Sequence record: MW384823.1
Length of the DNA: 64,000 bases
Reading direction: 5' to 3' (one strand)
Under the pieces are notes generated by a model. It searched no databases, was not told the origin of the DNA, and saw only the letters and a program-made list of their open reading frames with translations. How positions within the stretch are numbered: position 1 is the first letter of the stretch; the number at the start of each line of letters is the position of its first letter. Both the position numbers and the translations under genes were made by a program. Below, piece after piece: positions 44,327 through 55,298 of the stretch.

Positions 44327-46105
44327 TTAAAACCCTTGCGCGTATTCTTCCGACGGTTCGCTGTTAGCAACACGACGGTTAAACGCATCCAGCACATCAT
44401 CCTTGTCCGGTAAGAGGAAGAAGGTGTTAGCGATATCCATCGCATTCACACGACCTGCTGTCAGGTTCACACCGGTACGACGACGAACTTCCTCAGATAC
44501 CCCATTGATGAACAGCAGTTCAAAGATGGTGGTTTCACGAGACTGGTTCATCATGTTGGTTGCCGAAGGATACGCCTGTGTTAAGTCGGCATCCGCGGTT
44601 TGACCACGGAAGGCCGAATAGAACTGCGGCAGCTCTTTCAGAACATCCAACCCGTTCTCGGCATTCATACACGCCGTTAACGTGACAATCCAACCGTCTG
44701 TCCCGATAACCTCCTCATCGTAGTTGTTGCGCATCTCCGCACCCACACTGCCCGCCACGTAGCCTTGGGCTAACAGGTAGTAGGTGAAGGCGATACAGAT
44801 ACGTTTCGGTAACGACGGGAAGATATCGTACATCGAGTAACCGGCCAAAATCGTTATCGCTGAGGACAGGTCATTGGTTTTCTTATCCAACAACACAATC
44901 ATCAGGTTATCGAAGATGTTATAGACACAATACTCCAGCGGGAACTCTCGCTGGGCTTTTAAGTGCCAATCCAGTTTCTCTTCGTACGGCAGACCCGGTA
45001 TGTCAAGCTTGTTCAGTCCCAGCTCTGAATCCAGAATGGCGTTCAGTTTATAGCTGGGTCGCTGTCCTTCATGCACACGCAGAGAACGGAACAACACCAT
45101 GGCATCCACGCAGAAGAACGACGCCATGCAGTACAGGACGTGCCACTGCTGACTCGGTGCTTTGGTGAGCGACTTGGACTCCGTCTTCTTCGACGCCAAA
45201 TCTTTCTTGAACCACACCTTGCGATACTGCCTTGGGACATCCGGGTGACAGAACACGTCTTCCGGTTCGATACAGCCACGCTCTAACGCTTCCATCATTC
45301 GTGTGATATCGAACTCGTGGTTCCATGCCACTAACAGGTCAGGCAGACGTGGGTGAATCTCTTCAAACATACGGACGATACATTGCGCCGAGTCTAAGCA
45401 CTCGTAGGTGAAGATTTTGTAATCAGCGATTACGTTCTTCACTTTGACTTCGGTTTCGCCCGTCTTTTTATTTTTTTCTCTGAACTCAATCTTGCTCAGC
45501 AGTTCCTGCGCTTTGGCAACCAGACGGTCTTCCCAGTTCTTGCCGATACGGGCCACGTAATCTTTCGTGCAGAACAGGTGAATTTCATCATCGAGTACAA
45601 AGGACATGATCCACGGGTCACGCGACTTGTCTTCTTCGCGTGTTTCTACGTCGTAGACGCAGATACGGTTCGGTGTGGTGCAGTCTTTGTACTTGGCCAT
45701 GTACTTCTGTTTAATCCAGCTCGTGACCGGTAAGTCAGCCAGATAAACAAACGGGCTGGTACAGACCTGACGAAGACGCTTCTTCGGGTCAGGGAAACGG
45801 GCACCCAAACCCATTTGCAATGTCTTGGCCATTAACGCATCGGTCGTCAACAATTCCTGACAACGCGACTTCAATTCGAACTCTTTCTTTTCCTTGTGAT
45901 TACGGTACGGCTCTTGCGTCACGTACACCGGACGCTTTACGTTTTCACGCAGCTGGATACGCGGAATAAGCCGTCCATCCTTAGTATGGATGACCTCTTT
46001 AATGAGGACTAAGTCGTTTTCCCCGCTGTCGTCAGTGGCATAAGCGACGTGCTTACACTCCTTCGCTATGACGTCCTCGGGACTGAAATACATGTTGGTT
46101 TCCAT
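44327..46105 (-). CDS. B-family DNA polymerase, exonuclease plus motif A subunit (phiKZ gp82-like)
   Basis: ExoI YDVET, ExoII WNHEFD, ExoIII YNIFD, motif A DADLTQAYPS. Confidence 0.88.
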   Translation of the reverse strand: METNMYFSPEDVIAKECKHVAYATDDSGENDLVLIKEVIHTKDGRLIPRIQLRENVKRPVYVTQEPYRNHKEKKEFELKSRCQELLTTDALMAKTLQMGLGARFPDPKKRLRQVCTSPFVYLADLPVTSWIKQKYMAKYKDCTTPNRICVYDVETREEDKSRDPWIMSFVLDDEIHLFCTKDYVARIGKNWEDRLVAKAQELLSKIEFREKNKKTGETEVKVKNVIADYKIFTYECLDSAQCIVRMFEEIHPRLPDLLVAWNHEFDITRMMEALERGCIEPEDVFCHPDVPRQYRKVWFKKDLASKKTESKSLTKAPSQQWHVLYCMASFFCVDAMVLFRSLRVHEGQRPSYKLNAILDSELGLNKLDIPGLPYEEKLDWHLKAQREFPLEYCVYNIFDNLMIVLLDKKTNDLSSAITILAGYSMYDIFPSLPKRICIAFTYYLLAQGYVAGSVGAEMRNNYDEEVIGTDGWIVTLTACMNAENGLDVLKELPQFYSAFRGQTADADLTQAYPSATNMMNQSRETTIFELLFINGVSEEVRRRTGVNLTAGRVNAMDIANTFFLLPDKDDVLDAFNRRVANSEPSEEYAQGF

Positions 46106-46177
46106 CGGTTCTCTCTCATCGATCCGCCTCTATATTGATCGGTGGTGACGTAAAAACTTTTTAAAGGAACGTCTGAT

Positions 46178-47536
46178 ATGGGCTACTGGTCTAAGCACGC
46201 TCAAAGCGTGAAAGAACTCAAGCGTGTTGCCGCTGAGTCAATTAAGTTTCAAGATAAGAAAAAACTGGCATCACTCGCCGATATCGTTGCTAAGTTCCAA
46301 GCTGCCGGGGATTTCACCGTGGCGGCATACGACACCTCCGGCATCAAAGAGTGGATTCAGAAAAACCACGGCATCGGTGTGACCTTCACCAATGGCGCAG
46401 AACTGGGACTGGAATCAGAACTGTTTGCGGCCATCCAACCGCCACAGATTGATGCTAACAACCCGATTGTGGCGCAGTTCCACCGCGTGGTGTATCAGGG
46501 TAACAAAGACCTTGACCTGTACAGCAAGTTTATCAAAGACAACGAGCTGAATGGCGAGTTCGATGATAACAACGCGGTACTGAAAGGCGACCTGTCGAAA
46601 ATCACCTCACCGCTTTACGTGACTCCACCGATCTTCAATGGTCGTGCTGAACTGACCGCGTATGAAATCGCCGCTATCATTCTGCACGAAGTGGGCCACG
46701 TCTACTATTACCTGCGCACGCTGATGCGTGGTGTGATAGTGAACCTGTTGGCGGATGCTGCGGCAAACCGCATGATGGAGATGGATTCCCCGCAAGAGAA
46801 ACTGCGCGTAGTCAAAGACGTTGAACGTATCCTCGATACGAAAATCAACCAGCCGGAGACTATCTGTGACTCGTTCAAAAAAGAAAACATCTACATGCAC
46901 CTCGTTACCCAGACACTGCTTGAGCGTCCGAACATCACCGGCGGTAAAGGGTTTGGTAACCGTAGCTGGGAACGTGCTGCCGATGACTTCTCTGCCCGAA
47001 TGGGTGCTGCGCCTTACCTTGCGTCCGCGCTCTACAAGATGGAGATGAGCCAGTGGTGGATTCTGCGCCATAACTCGTACACCAACATCTATACGCACCT
47101 GTTTGGCGAGCTGCTGAACATGGCGGTACTGATTGTAGGTGCCACTACACCATTCGGTATTGTGTATGCCTCGGTGATGGTGGCCTTCGGGTTAATCATC
47201 AACGACCCGGAAAACACCATTTACGATCCACCGCAGGAACGCTTCGAAACGCTGCGTCGCAATCTGGTCGAGGAACTGAACGTCCTCAAAGGGTTGAACA
47301 CCAAAGCCGCGAACGAGCAGCGCCAGCGTTGTTTGGACGGGATTGCCGGGCTTGACCAGATTCTGAAGACGGTCAAGGATAAAGACAACATCTATGCCTT
47401 CATCATGAAAACCCTGACGCCTGCGGGCCGTAAGGAACGTGCCGCGGTAGACTACCAGCGTGCCCTTGAAGGCTACATGTCTAACGACCTGCGTGTGGCC
47501 TCTGCGAAGATGGCTCAACTGGCCAACGCTAAATAA
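46178..47536 (+). CDS. virion protein with M48-like Zn-metallopeptidase motif
   Basis: ILHEVGH plus ERAADDF...ALYK; hydrophobic segment near C-terminus; located at start of virion block. Confidence 0.7.
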   Translation: MGYWSKHAQSVKELKRVAAESIKFQDKKKLASLADIVAKFQAAGDFTVAAYDTSGIKEWIQKNHGIGVTFTNGAELGLESELFAAIQPPQIDANNPIVAQFHRVVYQGNKDLDLYSKFIKDNELNGEFDDNNAVLKGDLSKITSPLYVTPPIFNGRAELTAYEIAAIILHEVGHVYYYLRTLMRGVIVNLLADAAANRMMEMDSPQEKLRVVKDVERILDTKINQPETICDSFKKENIYMHLVTQTLLERPNITGGKGFGNRSWERAADDFSARMGAAPYLASALYKMEMSQWWILRHNSYTNIYTHLFGELLNMAVLIVGATTPFGIVYASVMVAFGLIINDPENTIYDPPQERFETLRRNLVEELNVLKGLNTKAANEQRQRCLDGIAGLDQILKTVKDKDNIYAFIMKTLTPAGRKERAAVDYQRALEGYMSNDLRVASAKMAQLANAK

Positions 47537-47560
47537 CTTGATTACTGACAAGGTAAAATC

Positions 47561-48001
47561 ATGACGCATAAACTTTCTCTGAATTCCCTCGTGCTCGACT
47601 TCAAACGCGACAACGAAGGGAAAGGTGTGCAGGGCTCACAAGCGCTGACCGCACTGGTAGCCTTCACGCTGGCGTACTCCGTCCGTCTGCCGGATAACGG
47701 CGCATACGGCTCTACAGAAGCCGCACAGGCGTTCCTCGTGCCTATCATGAAGAACATCGTCTCGGACGTGAACGAGCTGTACTGTGTTGACCTCGGTACG
47801 GTGCTGGATTTGACCTCTGCCCTGTACTGCAACCGCTACGACAACGTCTGGGGTGGCAAACGTGCGCTGGATGCGTTCTCTCCGAAAGCCGTCATTGACG
47901 AAGCGTATGGCGTGGACTGCTACCCGACCGTGCAACTGTGGGCTGAGCGTTTCTTCGAAACCGTTGGCTTCTACATCAGCGAAACAACTCAGAAGGCGTA
48001 A
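47561..48001 (+). CDS. putative virion protein
   Basis: 146 aa in virion operon. Confidence 0.7.
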   Translation: MTHKLSLNSLVLDFKRDNEGKGVQGSQALTALVAFTLAYSVRLPDNGAYGSTEAAQAFLVPIMKNIVSDVNELYCVDLGTVLDLTSALYCNRYDNVWGGKRALDAFSPKAVIDEAYGVDCYPTVQLWAERFFETVGFYISETTQKA

Positions 48002-48004
48002 ACC

Positions 48005-49762
48005 ATGACCAGCATGACCGAAGTAGGTGGGCTGGTCTCTACCGCCCCACAGTGGCGTCTCGGTGAAATGGGCAACCTGCTCCAAGAGCACATGAACCAC
48101 AAGATCAGCAGTCTCGACCAGCTAAACTTGTACATGCAGCGCAACGACGCTGATCTGCTCTACGGTAGCCGTATCCTTGCACAGGTTGAAGCCATTTTGG
48201 AAGACGTGCGTCGTCACGGGATTTCACGCGACCTTGCCGTCGCGGTGGAGTCTACCCGTCCGGGCACCATTCCAAAGAACGTGCAGAAAATCCTGACCTC
48301 CAACTACACCGGTACCCATCAGCGGGAAACGGTGGCGGCGCTGGAGTCGTGGAAAGAAGCCGGACGCATGGGCCTGATTATTCTGGTGCTGACGGCCATC
48401 CTGAAAATCATCAGTTGGATTGTGGAGTCAGGCAAAGGGTATAAAGGTAACACCAACCCGAAAACGGCCGCTGATAAAGTCGAGGAATACAAAACCAAGA
48501 CTGATGAGAAATGGCAAGCCGCTGCCGAAGCTCCACCTCCGGCTCCGAAGTCCGTTAAACCGGACGACTGGAAACGCGAGTACGAGTCACTGGCAGATAC
48601 CCTCTCCTGTGCATCCGTTAAGGCCGCGTACCTCGAAGCCACCAAAGAGCTGTCCAGCCGTAGCCTGTCTCAGCTGACAGCCGCTGCATTGCGTTACGAT
48701 GCGCTGATTAAGAACGCGAGTGCAGGTGACTACATCGATACGGTAACTGCGGTTTCTGGGCGCAACCCGATTGTCCCACTGCTGAAAGACGTGGCGTCGG
48801 GTGAAAAGGGCGCGGGTTCTGTTGGGGGTCTGGTCGCTGAATTGCTGCGCATGAATGTGTCGGAAGGTATCTTCACGCCACAGGCGGCAGCAAAGGCATA
48901 TTCGATGCTGCCAAAAGGCATGCACGAAGCCGGGGTGCGTATTCCTAACGAATCGGTCTTCCGCATGATGGCTAACCGTGCGCCAGAGCTGAACAGCTTC
49001 TTCCAGTCCGCTGGAAAAGGGTTTGATGCGCTGTCCGCAATGATGTCGCAGAAGCACGAGCAGAACAAGTGGAACGACAACGACCTGCATAAACCGGGTA
49101 CCGAGTTCGCCCACGCTATGCGTTACCTGAACGACTACCTCGCCACGGTGATTCCGGTTGTGAAAGGTGGGAAGTTCACCGCAGAAACCTCCCCAACAAT
49201 CGCAGTCGTTGGTACGTTGTCTGGCGGTGGCTTAATCGGTTACGACGAACCTACTGAGTTCCTCGGCAACACGGTGCTGGTTTGTGCGCAGTATGGCGCT
49301 TACCTGAACAGCAGCTTCCTTTCTTCCTACACCGAACGTCGTGGGTTGAACGATGACGAGGCCGGTGGGGTGTTGCAGGCGCTGGTCGTCATGGCCAATG
49401 GTCTGTCAACCAACAGCGGTGTCACCAACTTCAACGCGTACAGCAAAATGGAAGGTGAGGTGAAAACCCTTATCGACCGTATTCAGACGTGGGAGAAGTC
49501 GATGTCCCGCAGTCGTGAAGGTGCGCATGCGTTGCAGGTGATTGGTGCGGGTCTGCTCAGCGTGATGATGGAAGAACGTTCTGACAGCCTGAACATGGGC
49601 CGTGAACTGTCAGCGGATTACAAAGACCAAAGCTCTGGAGATTTCTGGATGGGTCTGCGTAAGAACCTGAACTACATCCGCCGTATCTGCATGGGTACAG
49701 TCGGGATGCAGAACATTATCAGTAAGAGCCAGAACAACCCGTTCATCAAAGGCAAAAATTAA
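48005..49762 (+). CDS. putative virion head/ejection protein
   Basis: 585 aa; ALE processing-like site followed by hydrophobic helix GLIILVLTAILKIISWI. Confidence 0.65.
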   Translation: MTSMTEVGGLVSTAPQWRLGEMGNLLQEHMNHKISSLDQLNLYMQRNDADLLYGSRILAQVEAILEDVRRHGISRDLAVAVESTRPGTIPKNVQKILTSNYTGTHQRETVAALESWKEAGRMGLIILVLTAILKIISWIVESGKGYKGNTNPKTAADKVEEYKTKTDEKWQAAAEAPPPAPKSVKPDDWKREYESLADTLSCASVKAAYLEATKELSSRSLSQLTAAALRYDALIKNASAGDYIDTVTAVSGRNPIVPLLKDVASGEKGAGSVGGLVAELLRMNVSEGIFTPQAAAKAYSMLPKGMHEAGVRIPNESVFRMMANRAPELNSFFQSAGKGFDALSAMMSQKHEQNKWNDNDLHKPGTEFAHAMRYLNDYLATVIPVVKGGKFTAETSPTIAVVGTLSGGGLIGYDEPTEFLGNTVLVCAQYGAYLNSSFLSSYTERRGLNDDEAGGVLQALVVMANGLSTNSGVTNFNAYSKMEGEVKTLIDRIQTWEKSMSRSREGAHALQVIGAGLLSVMMEERSDSLNMGRELSADYKDQSSGDFWMGLRKNLNYIRRICMGTVGMQNIISKSQNNPFIKGKN

Positions 49763-49808
49763 AATAAAAGACCTACTCTCCTTCGGGAGAGTAGGCTTTC
49801 TTTTTTTA
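49761..49808. terminator. bidirectional terminator
   Basis: CCTACTCTCC-TTCG-GGAGAGTAGG with A/T tracts. Confidence 0.85.
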
Positions 49809-52754
49809 TACCGGTGCAGTATCGTGACGGTTGTAGCTTGCAACAATGTCGTCTTTGAGACCAACACGGCCGTTCGCTTCAATCACCATTTTCTTACCGA
49901 CGGTGACCTGTGTGGCATCAGACATGACCGTGAACAGACGCATGTCTTGGTCTGGCCCCATACCACCGACCACAACCCCTAAGATGGTGTCTTTCAACGC
50001 ATCTTGCAGCGCCTCACCCAACGCCACCGCAGAGACGGTGCTGTTGTTAATCAGATACTGACTGATAACCTCCGAGGTCTTCTTCTGGATGGCCTTAATC
50101 AAGTCGGCATTCTGACGGTTCACCGCAGTCAGGTAATAGCTTACCGTGAACTGTTGCTCAGCCGGGATTGGTGTGATGGCACCGTTCTCCGTACGGGCGT
50201 CGATGTAACCCATGGTGGTGATAGGCACGAAGTACGCATCCGTACGTTCCAACAGCAGTGGAGTCAGCTGCGGCATGTTCACCGTGATTTGATTGATCAT
50301 GTAATCAATCACCGATTGACGGTACGCCACCACTTCATCGCTGTCCGCAAACAGATAACGCGCATCGAAGACCGCCATCTCGTTACGGAACCGGATACTG
50401 CGGGGACGGTCAATCACGGAGTTACCGTCGCTGTCCTTCACCAAGGTGCCTTTCTCGTGCAACACTTCCTGCACCCCGTTTGCATCAAGCACCGGGTCAC
50501 CTTTACGGTGCAGGTACGTTAATTGCAACGGCGGGGTTTTGGTTTCGTCGTACGTGTACTCCGGCACACCACGCTCGTTCGTCTTCACCACATCCGCATC
50601 GTAGAACTTCAGCACATCGGCTTCGTAATACTTGTAGTTGATGCTGTCGGTGATAGGACGGGCTTTGCGCCAGTACGCGGTCAAGGCTTTCCCCAGTTCG
50701 ATTTTGAAAATCTCATGGGTGATACCAATCGCGTCGCGTGACGGGGCAACAATCAGCGTGTCCATGTTCGCCCGCTCGTAGTTCTTCGGATAGTAACCCG
50801 TGCAGCCATAGAAGATGTTGAAGTCTTCGGTCAGGCTAACCGGGATATTCACCGTGGTAGACGAGGTAGTGCGGGTGTTGGTGATAATCATCTCATCGTT
50901 ACGGTCAACGTCAAGATTGGTCTCCAACAAGAACTCCCACACACGTTCGCTTCCCTGTTTCCCGACGAGTGTCCCCTGAACCCAAGCAAGGCTTTCAGAG
51001 TTACGCGGTTGGAAGGAAAGCTGGGCAAACACCTGACCGTCGTCGAGGGCTTGATACGGTGATTCCGATTTGGTCACCGTGCGCAGCACATAGCCTTGGT
51101 CAGTCATCAGAATCTGATAGTCGTCGGTGACGACACTCAGTTCGGTCGTGATGTTGGTACTGATAAAGCGCTTCGACACAAGGCTCGGTCGGTCAAGCTG
51201 ATAGATACGCACGTCGATAGAGTTGTTGTTGATGTCCAGCACGTAATGGAATGGGGTGAAGAGGTACGAACCGCTGTTCCCCACATTCACCAAATCCTCT
51301 TTACGCATGGTCTTCAACAGTTCCGTCATGGTGGTCTCCACCGACAACGAGCTGCCGTCAAACTTGTACAGCGTGTTAGGCAGTACGGTCATACGGTTGT
51401 CGTTAATGCGAACCGTCGAGAGATTCGACAGCTCATCCCAACTGAAGTACAGGGCCGACGTGACAGAGCCAATCGGGGAGCTGACGTTCTTCAGTGTGGA
51501 AACCGGCAACGGAGCGGACATCAGATACGTACGACTGGTGACATAGTCGATGGCGTTCTGGAGTGTCAGGTTGAAGTCTGCCGCGACCGCAGTCAATTGC
51601 TTCTCCGTAATCGGAGCTTGACGCAAGCCTACAGCGTTGTTCACCACACGGTCACGCAGTTCGGTAAACGGTAACTCTGCACGCCCGCCAGATGTGACAC
51701 CCACACCACTCTCCGCCACAATCTGGAAGATAGAGAAGTTACGCAGTGGGTTCACGTAAGAGGCATCGTACTCGCCGTTCAGGTCACGGAAGTCCCATGA
51801 GAACTGGTCAGTGGCATAGCTCGACAAATCCACATTCAACACACCCATGGTGGTATAGACATCCATACGCACCTCTCCCGATACCAAACCGGTGGTCAGG
51901 TAAATAGACGGGATGGTACAACGTATGTTCTGGCCCACAACCTGAATGACTGCCGTGGCCACATTCGGGTCGTACACGTCACGGCTGTGCGTGTGTGGGA
52001 TTTCCACCCAACCGGTACCCGCCGCATCACGTTGCCAGACACGGGCGTAGAAGAAGCTGTTGGTGAAGCTGCGGGTGATTTGCAGTTCGTTCGTCCCGAC
52101 GGTGGTGTCGGTATGGCTTTTGACGTCGTACTGCTTCACCGGAATCTTGATACGCAACAGAATCGAGTTGGTCGTAGGCGATGAACCCAAATCCCAATCC
52201 AGTGCGTTCGTAGAGACCGGTGCAATCGGTGACTGCGTCTCGGTAATCCACAACACCTCGAAGGCCGGGTTATCCGGTGTCCCGTACGGCAACACCCGAA
52301 TCTCAATCGGGTACTGAATTGAGAAGGTGTAGCCCGATACTTTGAAAACGGTGTCACGCGGGATAACCAGTTTACGCACACCGGCGTAAACCAGCGGCAT
52401 GGCTTTGCTCAGCAACGAGTCCACATCGATAATCAGCTGGAGTTCGGTGTTGGACGGTTGTGAGAACACATCGACGTAATCCACATCCGACATATGGCGG
52501 AAGAGGTCATCCATGGTCTGGGCCTGAGACGGGTAAGTTTTTGGTACTGTCGCTCGACACCCTTCAATCGCAGTGTGGGCCAACATCACTCCGGCTTCGG
52601 CTAAGAAGACCACCGGGTCAGTTGGGCTGCGCAGGGTAATTGAGGCGGCGTTGTCGCTGACGTTTTGGAGCTGCTTTAATAACAGCGTCTGCATCGCGGC
52701 GGGGTTATGCGCCAACAGCAACATATTCGATGCCAGCTTATCATAAGTGTCCAT
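49806..52754 (-). CDS. large virion structural protein, probable baseplate wedge (phiKZ gp87-like)
   Basis: 982 aa beta-rich protein; ELRDRV..NA...R baseplate-J-like segment; synteny. Confidence 0.65.
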   Translation of the reverse strand: MDTYDKLASNMLLLAHNPAAMQTLLLKQLQNVSDNAASITLRSPTDPVVFLAEAGVMLAHTAIEGCRATVPKTYPSQAQTMDDLFRHMSDVDYVDVFSQPSNTELQLIIDVDSLLSKAMPLVYAGVRKLVIPRDTVFKVSGYTFSIQYPIEIRVLPYGTPDNPAFEVLWITETQSPIAPVSTNALDWDLGSSPTTNSILLRIKIPVKQYDVKSHTDTTVGTNELQITRSFTNSFFYARVWQRDAAGTGWVEIPHTHSRDVYDPNVATAVIQVVGQNIRCTIPSIYLTTGLVSGEVRMDVYTTMGVLNVDLSSYATDQFSWDFRDLNGEYDASYVNPLRNFSIFQIVAESGVGVTSGGRAELPFTELRDRVVNNAVGLRQAPITEKQLTAVAADFNLTLQNAIDYVTSRTYLMSAPLPVSTLKNVSSPIGSVTSALYFSWDELSNLSTVRINDNRMTVLPNTLYKFDGSSLSVETTMTELLKTMRKEDLVNVGNSGSYLFTPFHYVLDINNNSIDVRIYQLDRPSLVSKRFISTNITTELSVVTDDYQILMTDQGYVLRTVTKSESPYQALDDGQVFAQLSFQPRNSESLAWVQGTLVGKQGSERVWEFLLETNLDVDRNDEMIITNTRTTSSTTVNIPVSLTEDFNIFYGCTGYYPKNYERANMDTLIVAPSRDAIGITHEIFKIELGKALTAYWRKARPITDSINYKYYEADVLKFYDADVVKTNERGVPEYTYDETKTPPLQLTYLHRKGDPVLDANGVQEVLHEKGTLVKDSDGNSVIDRPRSIRFRNEMAVFDARYLFADSDEVVAYRQSVIDYMINQITVNMPQLTPLLLERTDAYFVPITTMGYIDARTENGAITPIPAEQQFTVSYYLTAVNRQNADLIKAIQKKTSEVISQYLINNSTVSAVALGEALQDALKDTILGVVVGGMGPDQDMRLFTVMSDATQVTVGKKMVIEANGRVGLKDDIVASYNRHDTAPV

Positions 52755-54022
52755 CAGATGAGACCTGCCCTTTTCAGAATGCGTTGGTAATCAGATTGGT
52801 ACACCCACCACGTCAGTTTCCGGCGCACCGGGTCGATGTGGGGGTATCCGTAATAGTTGAACAGCGGAAGGAACTGCGGAATGACCTGCACCAACTGGTC
52901 GCGTGCAGTCGGCACGAAGTTACCGGTTTGCAAACTTTCCGGGGTCGGTGACATGTCCGGGTTAAAGTAAGACACGGTCGCGTTAAACATCTCCATGTAA
53001 AGCGGGTCGTCGTAACGGGCCCCGATACACTGCCACTGCAACGTGATGTTGGTGTCATCGTTGCTCATGGGTTTGGAGTTGTCCACCTGTGCTTGTTGTC
53101 CGGCGTTGTTGTTCATTGGCCATGCCACGCACGCTGTCCAGAAACGGGTGATGTTCCCCATGGGGTCGTACTTCATCCCGTACATGCGGGTCTGGTAGTC
53201 GATTCGCCGTTGAATCGAGTTACGAATCTTCGGCATGAACTGACCACGACGCACACCTGACATATACTCCAGCCACACACTGGCCATGCGCATAATCGCA
53301 TTACCGTACGGGTTGGTTAATGTTGAGGACATGGTGTAGCCATAGTTCACAAGGTTCGTGGAATCGACCATCCCCCACTGTTCACGCAGCAACCCTTCGT
53401 CCGACATCCAGTTATCCACAGACTCATCCGGCATTCCCGACAAGCTAATCAGTTGTGTGGAAAGCAATGGTATGAAAGCCTGTAAATTATCGAAGGGGAT
53501 ATCAGGCAGGAACGGGGTTCCTAACCGGTTCTTTCGTAATCCCCTTGCGGTAAGCGGCGAGTCGGAAAACCCCAGTTCGAAATCAGGGTCGAGGGCTGCC
53601 AGAATCGAATAGTCGAGAGACGACTTCGGCTGCATTGCCATGTTTGACATGCGGCGTGAATTCGAAATGTTGTCGTAGCTAAGGTTAAAATCCGGTCGGG
53701 TAAAGAAGGTCATCCCCCCGTATTCCCGGTTCACCGGTACGGGGTTGTTGGCCATCATATGGTTGAACCCCATCAAGGGGTTGGTCATACGCTGCGCAGC
53801 GATACCTAGACCGACTGACAAGCGAATGCGGTCTGCCCACACGGATAACTCGTCATCGAAACTCTTCTTTTGAGTGGGAGCTGTCGATGAAGAACGACCG
53901 TCAATGTAACCCGCTAACGAGGGAACGGCATCGGAATTATTCGGGTTTGGGACGGTGTAGTCGATATCCGTATTAGGGTCGTAACCGGGATCTGTATTCT
54001 TCTTTTCAGTCTCGTCACTCAT
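52754..54022 (-). CDS. virion structural protein (phiKZ gp88-like)
   Basis: 422 aa, coupled to baseplate gene; synteny. Confidence 0.65.
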   Translation of the reverse strand: MSDETEKKNTDPGYDPNTDIDYTVPNPNNSDAVPSLAGYIDGRSSSTAPTQKKSFDDELSVWADRIRLSVGLGIAAQRMTNPLMGFNHMMANNPVPVNREYGGMTFFTRPDFNLSYDNISNSRRMSNMAMQPKSSLDYSILAALDPDFELGFSDSPLTARGLRKNRLGTPFLPDIPFDNLQAFIPLLSTQLISLSGMPDESVDNWMSDEGLLREQWGMVDSTNLVNYGYTMSSTLTNPYGNAIMRMASVWLEYMSGVRRGQFMPKIRNSIQRRIDYQTRMYGMKYDPMGNITRFWTACVAWPMNNNAGQQAQVDNSKPMSNDDTNITLQWQCIGARYDDPLYMEMFNATVSYFNPDMSPTPESLQTGNFVPTARDQLVQVIPQFLPLFNYYGYPHIDPVRRKLTWWVYQSDYQRILKRAGLI

Positions 54023-54051
54023 GAAATTTTTACTCCGGAGTAAAGTATAAA

Positions 54052-55287
54052 ATGGCAGAAAAAACTGTTGAGACGAGTGTCATCTCGTTTCTCTCTAAAT
54101 TCCCAGACCTGTTTCGGCAGCGTGCCGACTCGCTGGAAGAGTTCAACCAGATTCTGTATAACGAATACACTACGCTTGTTGAACAGTCGCTGTTAGGCGT
54201 TGATTACCTGCCGGGCATTCTGGATAAGTTGCAGATACTGCTGGCCGCTAACCAATTAACTGCCATCTCCCTGCTGATTGGCGTGCCTGAGGTGGATGTT
54301 ATTGGAACGCTGGATAAAATCTCCACGCGCCGTAACTCCCTCGATGCCGCCGCCCGCAGCGGTTCCCGTCTGGCCACAATGGCTATCGGCGAACGCCGGG
54401 GTCGCTTTGGTTTACCGTCATACGATAGCCTCGCCATCGCCGTGGGCGAATCGAGCCGTCGTGGTAGCCGTCCGGTGAACCAGAACAACCAGTTCAACGG
54501 TAACACCGAAGTCAACAATAACAACAGCCACACTGAGAACTTTAACTCGACCACCAACAACTACGACAGCAAGTCGGGTAAAGTAGCGTCAACGCTGCCG
54601 TCCAACTTCATGAAGCAGATGATGGAGCAGGAAGGTCTGGCGGGTGGTAAAGTGTTCAGCGCAACCTTTGAACGTAACGGGAACAAAACCGAAGTGCCGA
54701 TGCGTCTGCGCCTCGATGTGAAATCTGTACCGACTGACGGTATGGAAACCCTGATTGCGTTTGCTTCCGAACAGAAAGACTTCTGGGAGCGTTACATCCG
54801 CCTGCAACATAAAGGTGATCGTAACGGGGGCTGGCTGGATAAACTGGCAGCAGCAAAAGACCTCGCGTTCTCAAACGACCTGATGGAAGAGTACCGTAAG
54901 AACCGCTACCGCGATAAGACGGGCTACTACACCAAGATGATGGAGAAGCGCAATGGTAACTGGCTGTCTGGTCTGCTGACCCTGTCGCCGTCTATCAATA
55001 ACGCCTCTGGTGTGATGGTGGTCTCTCAGGAAACCATCGACGGTCTGGAAGCACAGCTTGGTGGCAGCTTCGAAGACTTCAACGTGCGTCAGCGCGTGTT
55101 CCAAGACACCCTGACCGTGTACTACGTTGTGGTCGACACCACCTGGAACCGTGTGACCATTTACACCCGTGGCCTGAACGGCTCTCAGGAACTGGATAAG
55201 TCTGACTTCTCCAAATCGAAATCTGGTGCGGCTGATGTGAACAAAATCATCGAAGCCTACCGCTCTGGCGCACAGCCGGTTCTTTAA
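54052..55287 (+). CDS. virion head protein (phiKZ gp89-like)
   Basis: 411 aa with Asn-rich insertion; synteny. Confidence 0.65.
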   Translation: MAEKTVETSVISFLSKFPDLFRQRADSLEEFNQILYNEYTTLVEQSLLGVDYLPGILDKLQILLAANQLTAISLLIGVPEVDVIGTLDKISTRRNSLDAAARSGSRLATMAIGERRGRFGLPSYDSLAIAVGESSRRGSRPVNQNNQFNGNTEVNNNNSHTENFNSTTNNYDSKSGKVASTLPSNFMKQMMEQEGLAGGKVFSATFERNGNKTEVPMRLRLDVKSVPTDGMETLIAFASEQKDFWERYIRLQHKGDRNGGWLDKLAAAKDLAFSNDLMEEYRKNRYRDKTGYYTKMMEKRNGNWLSGLLTLSPSINNASGVMVVSQETIDGLEAQLGGSFEDFNVRQRVFQDTLTVYYVVVDTTWNRVTIYTRGLNGSQELDKSDFSKSKSGAADVNKIIEAYRSGAQPVL

Positions 55288-55298
55288 GGGGTTTAGCA

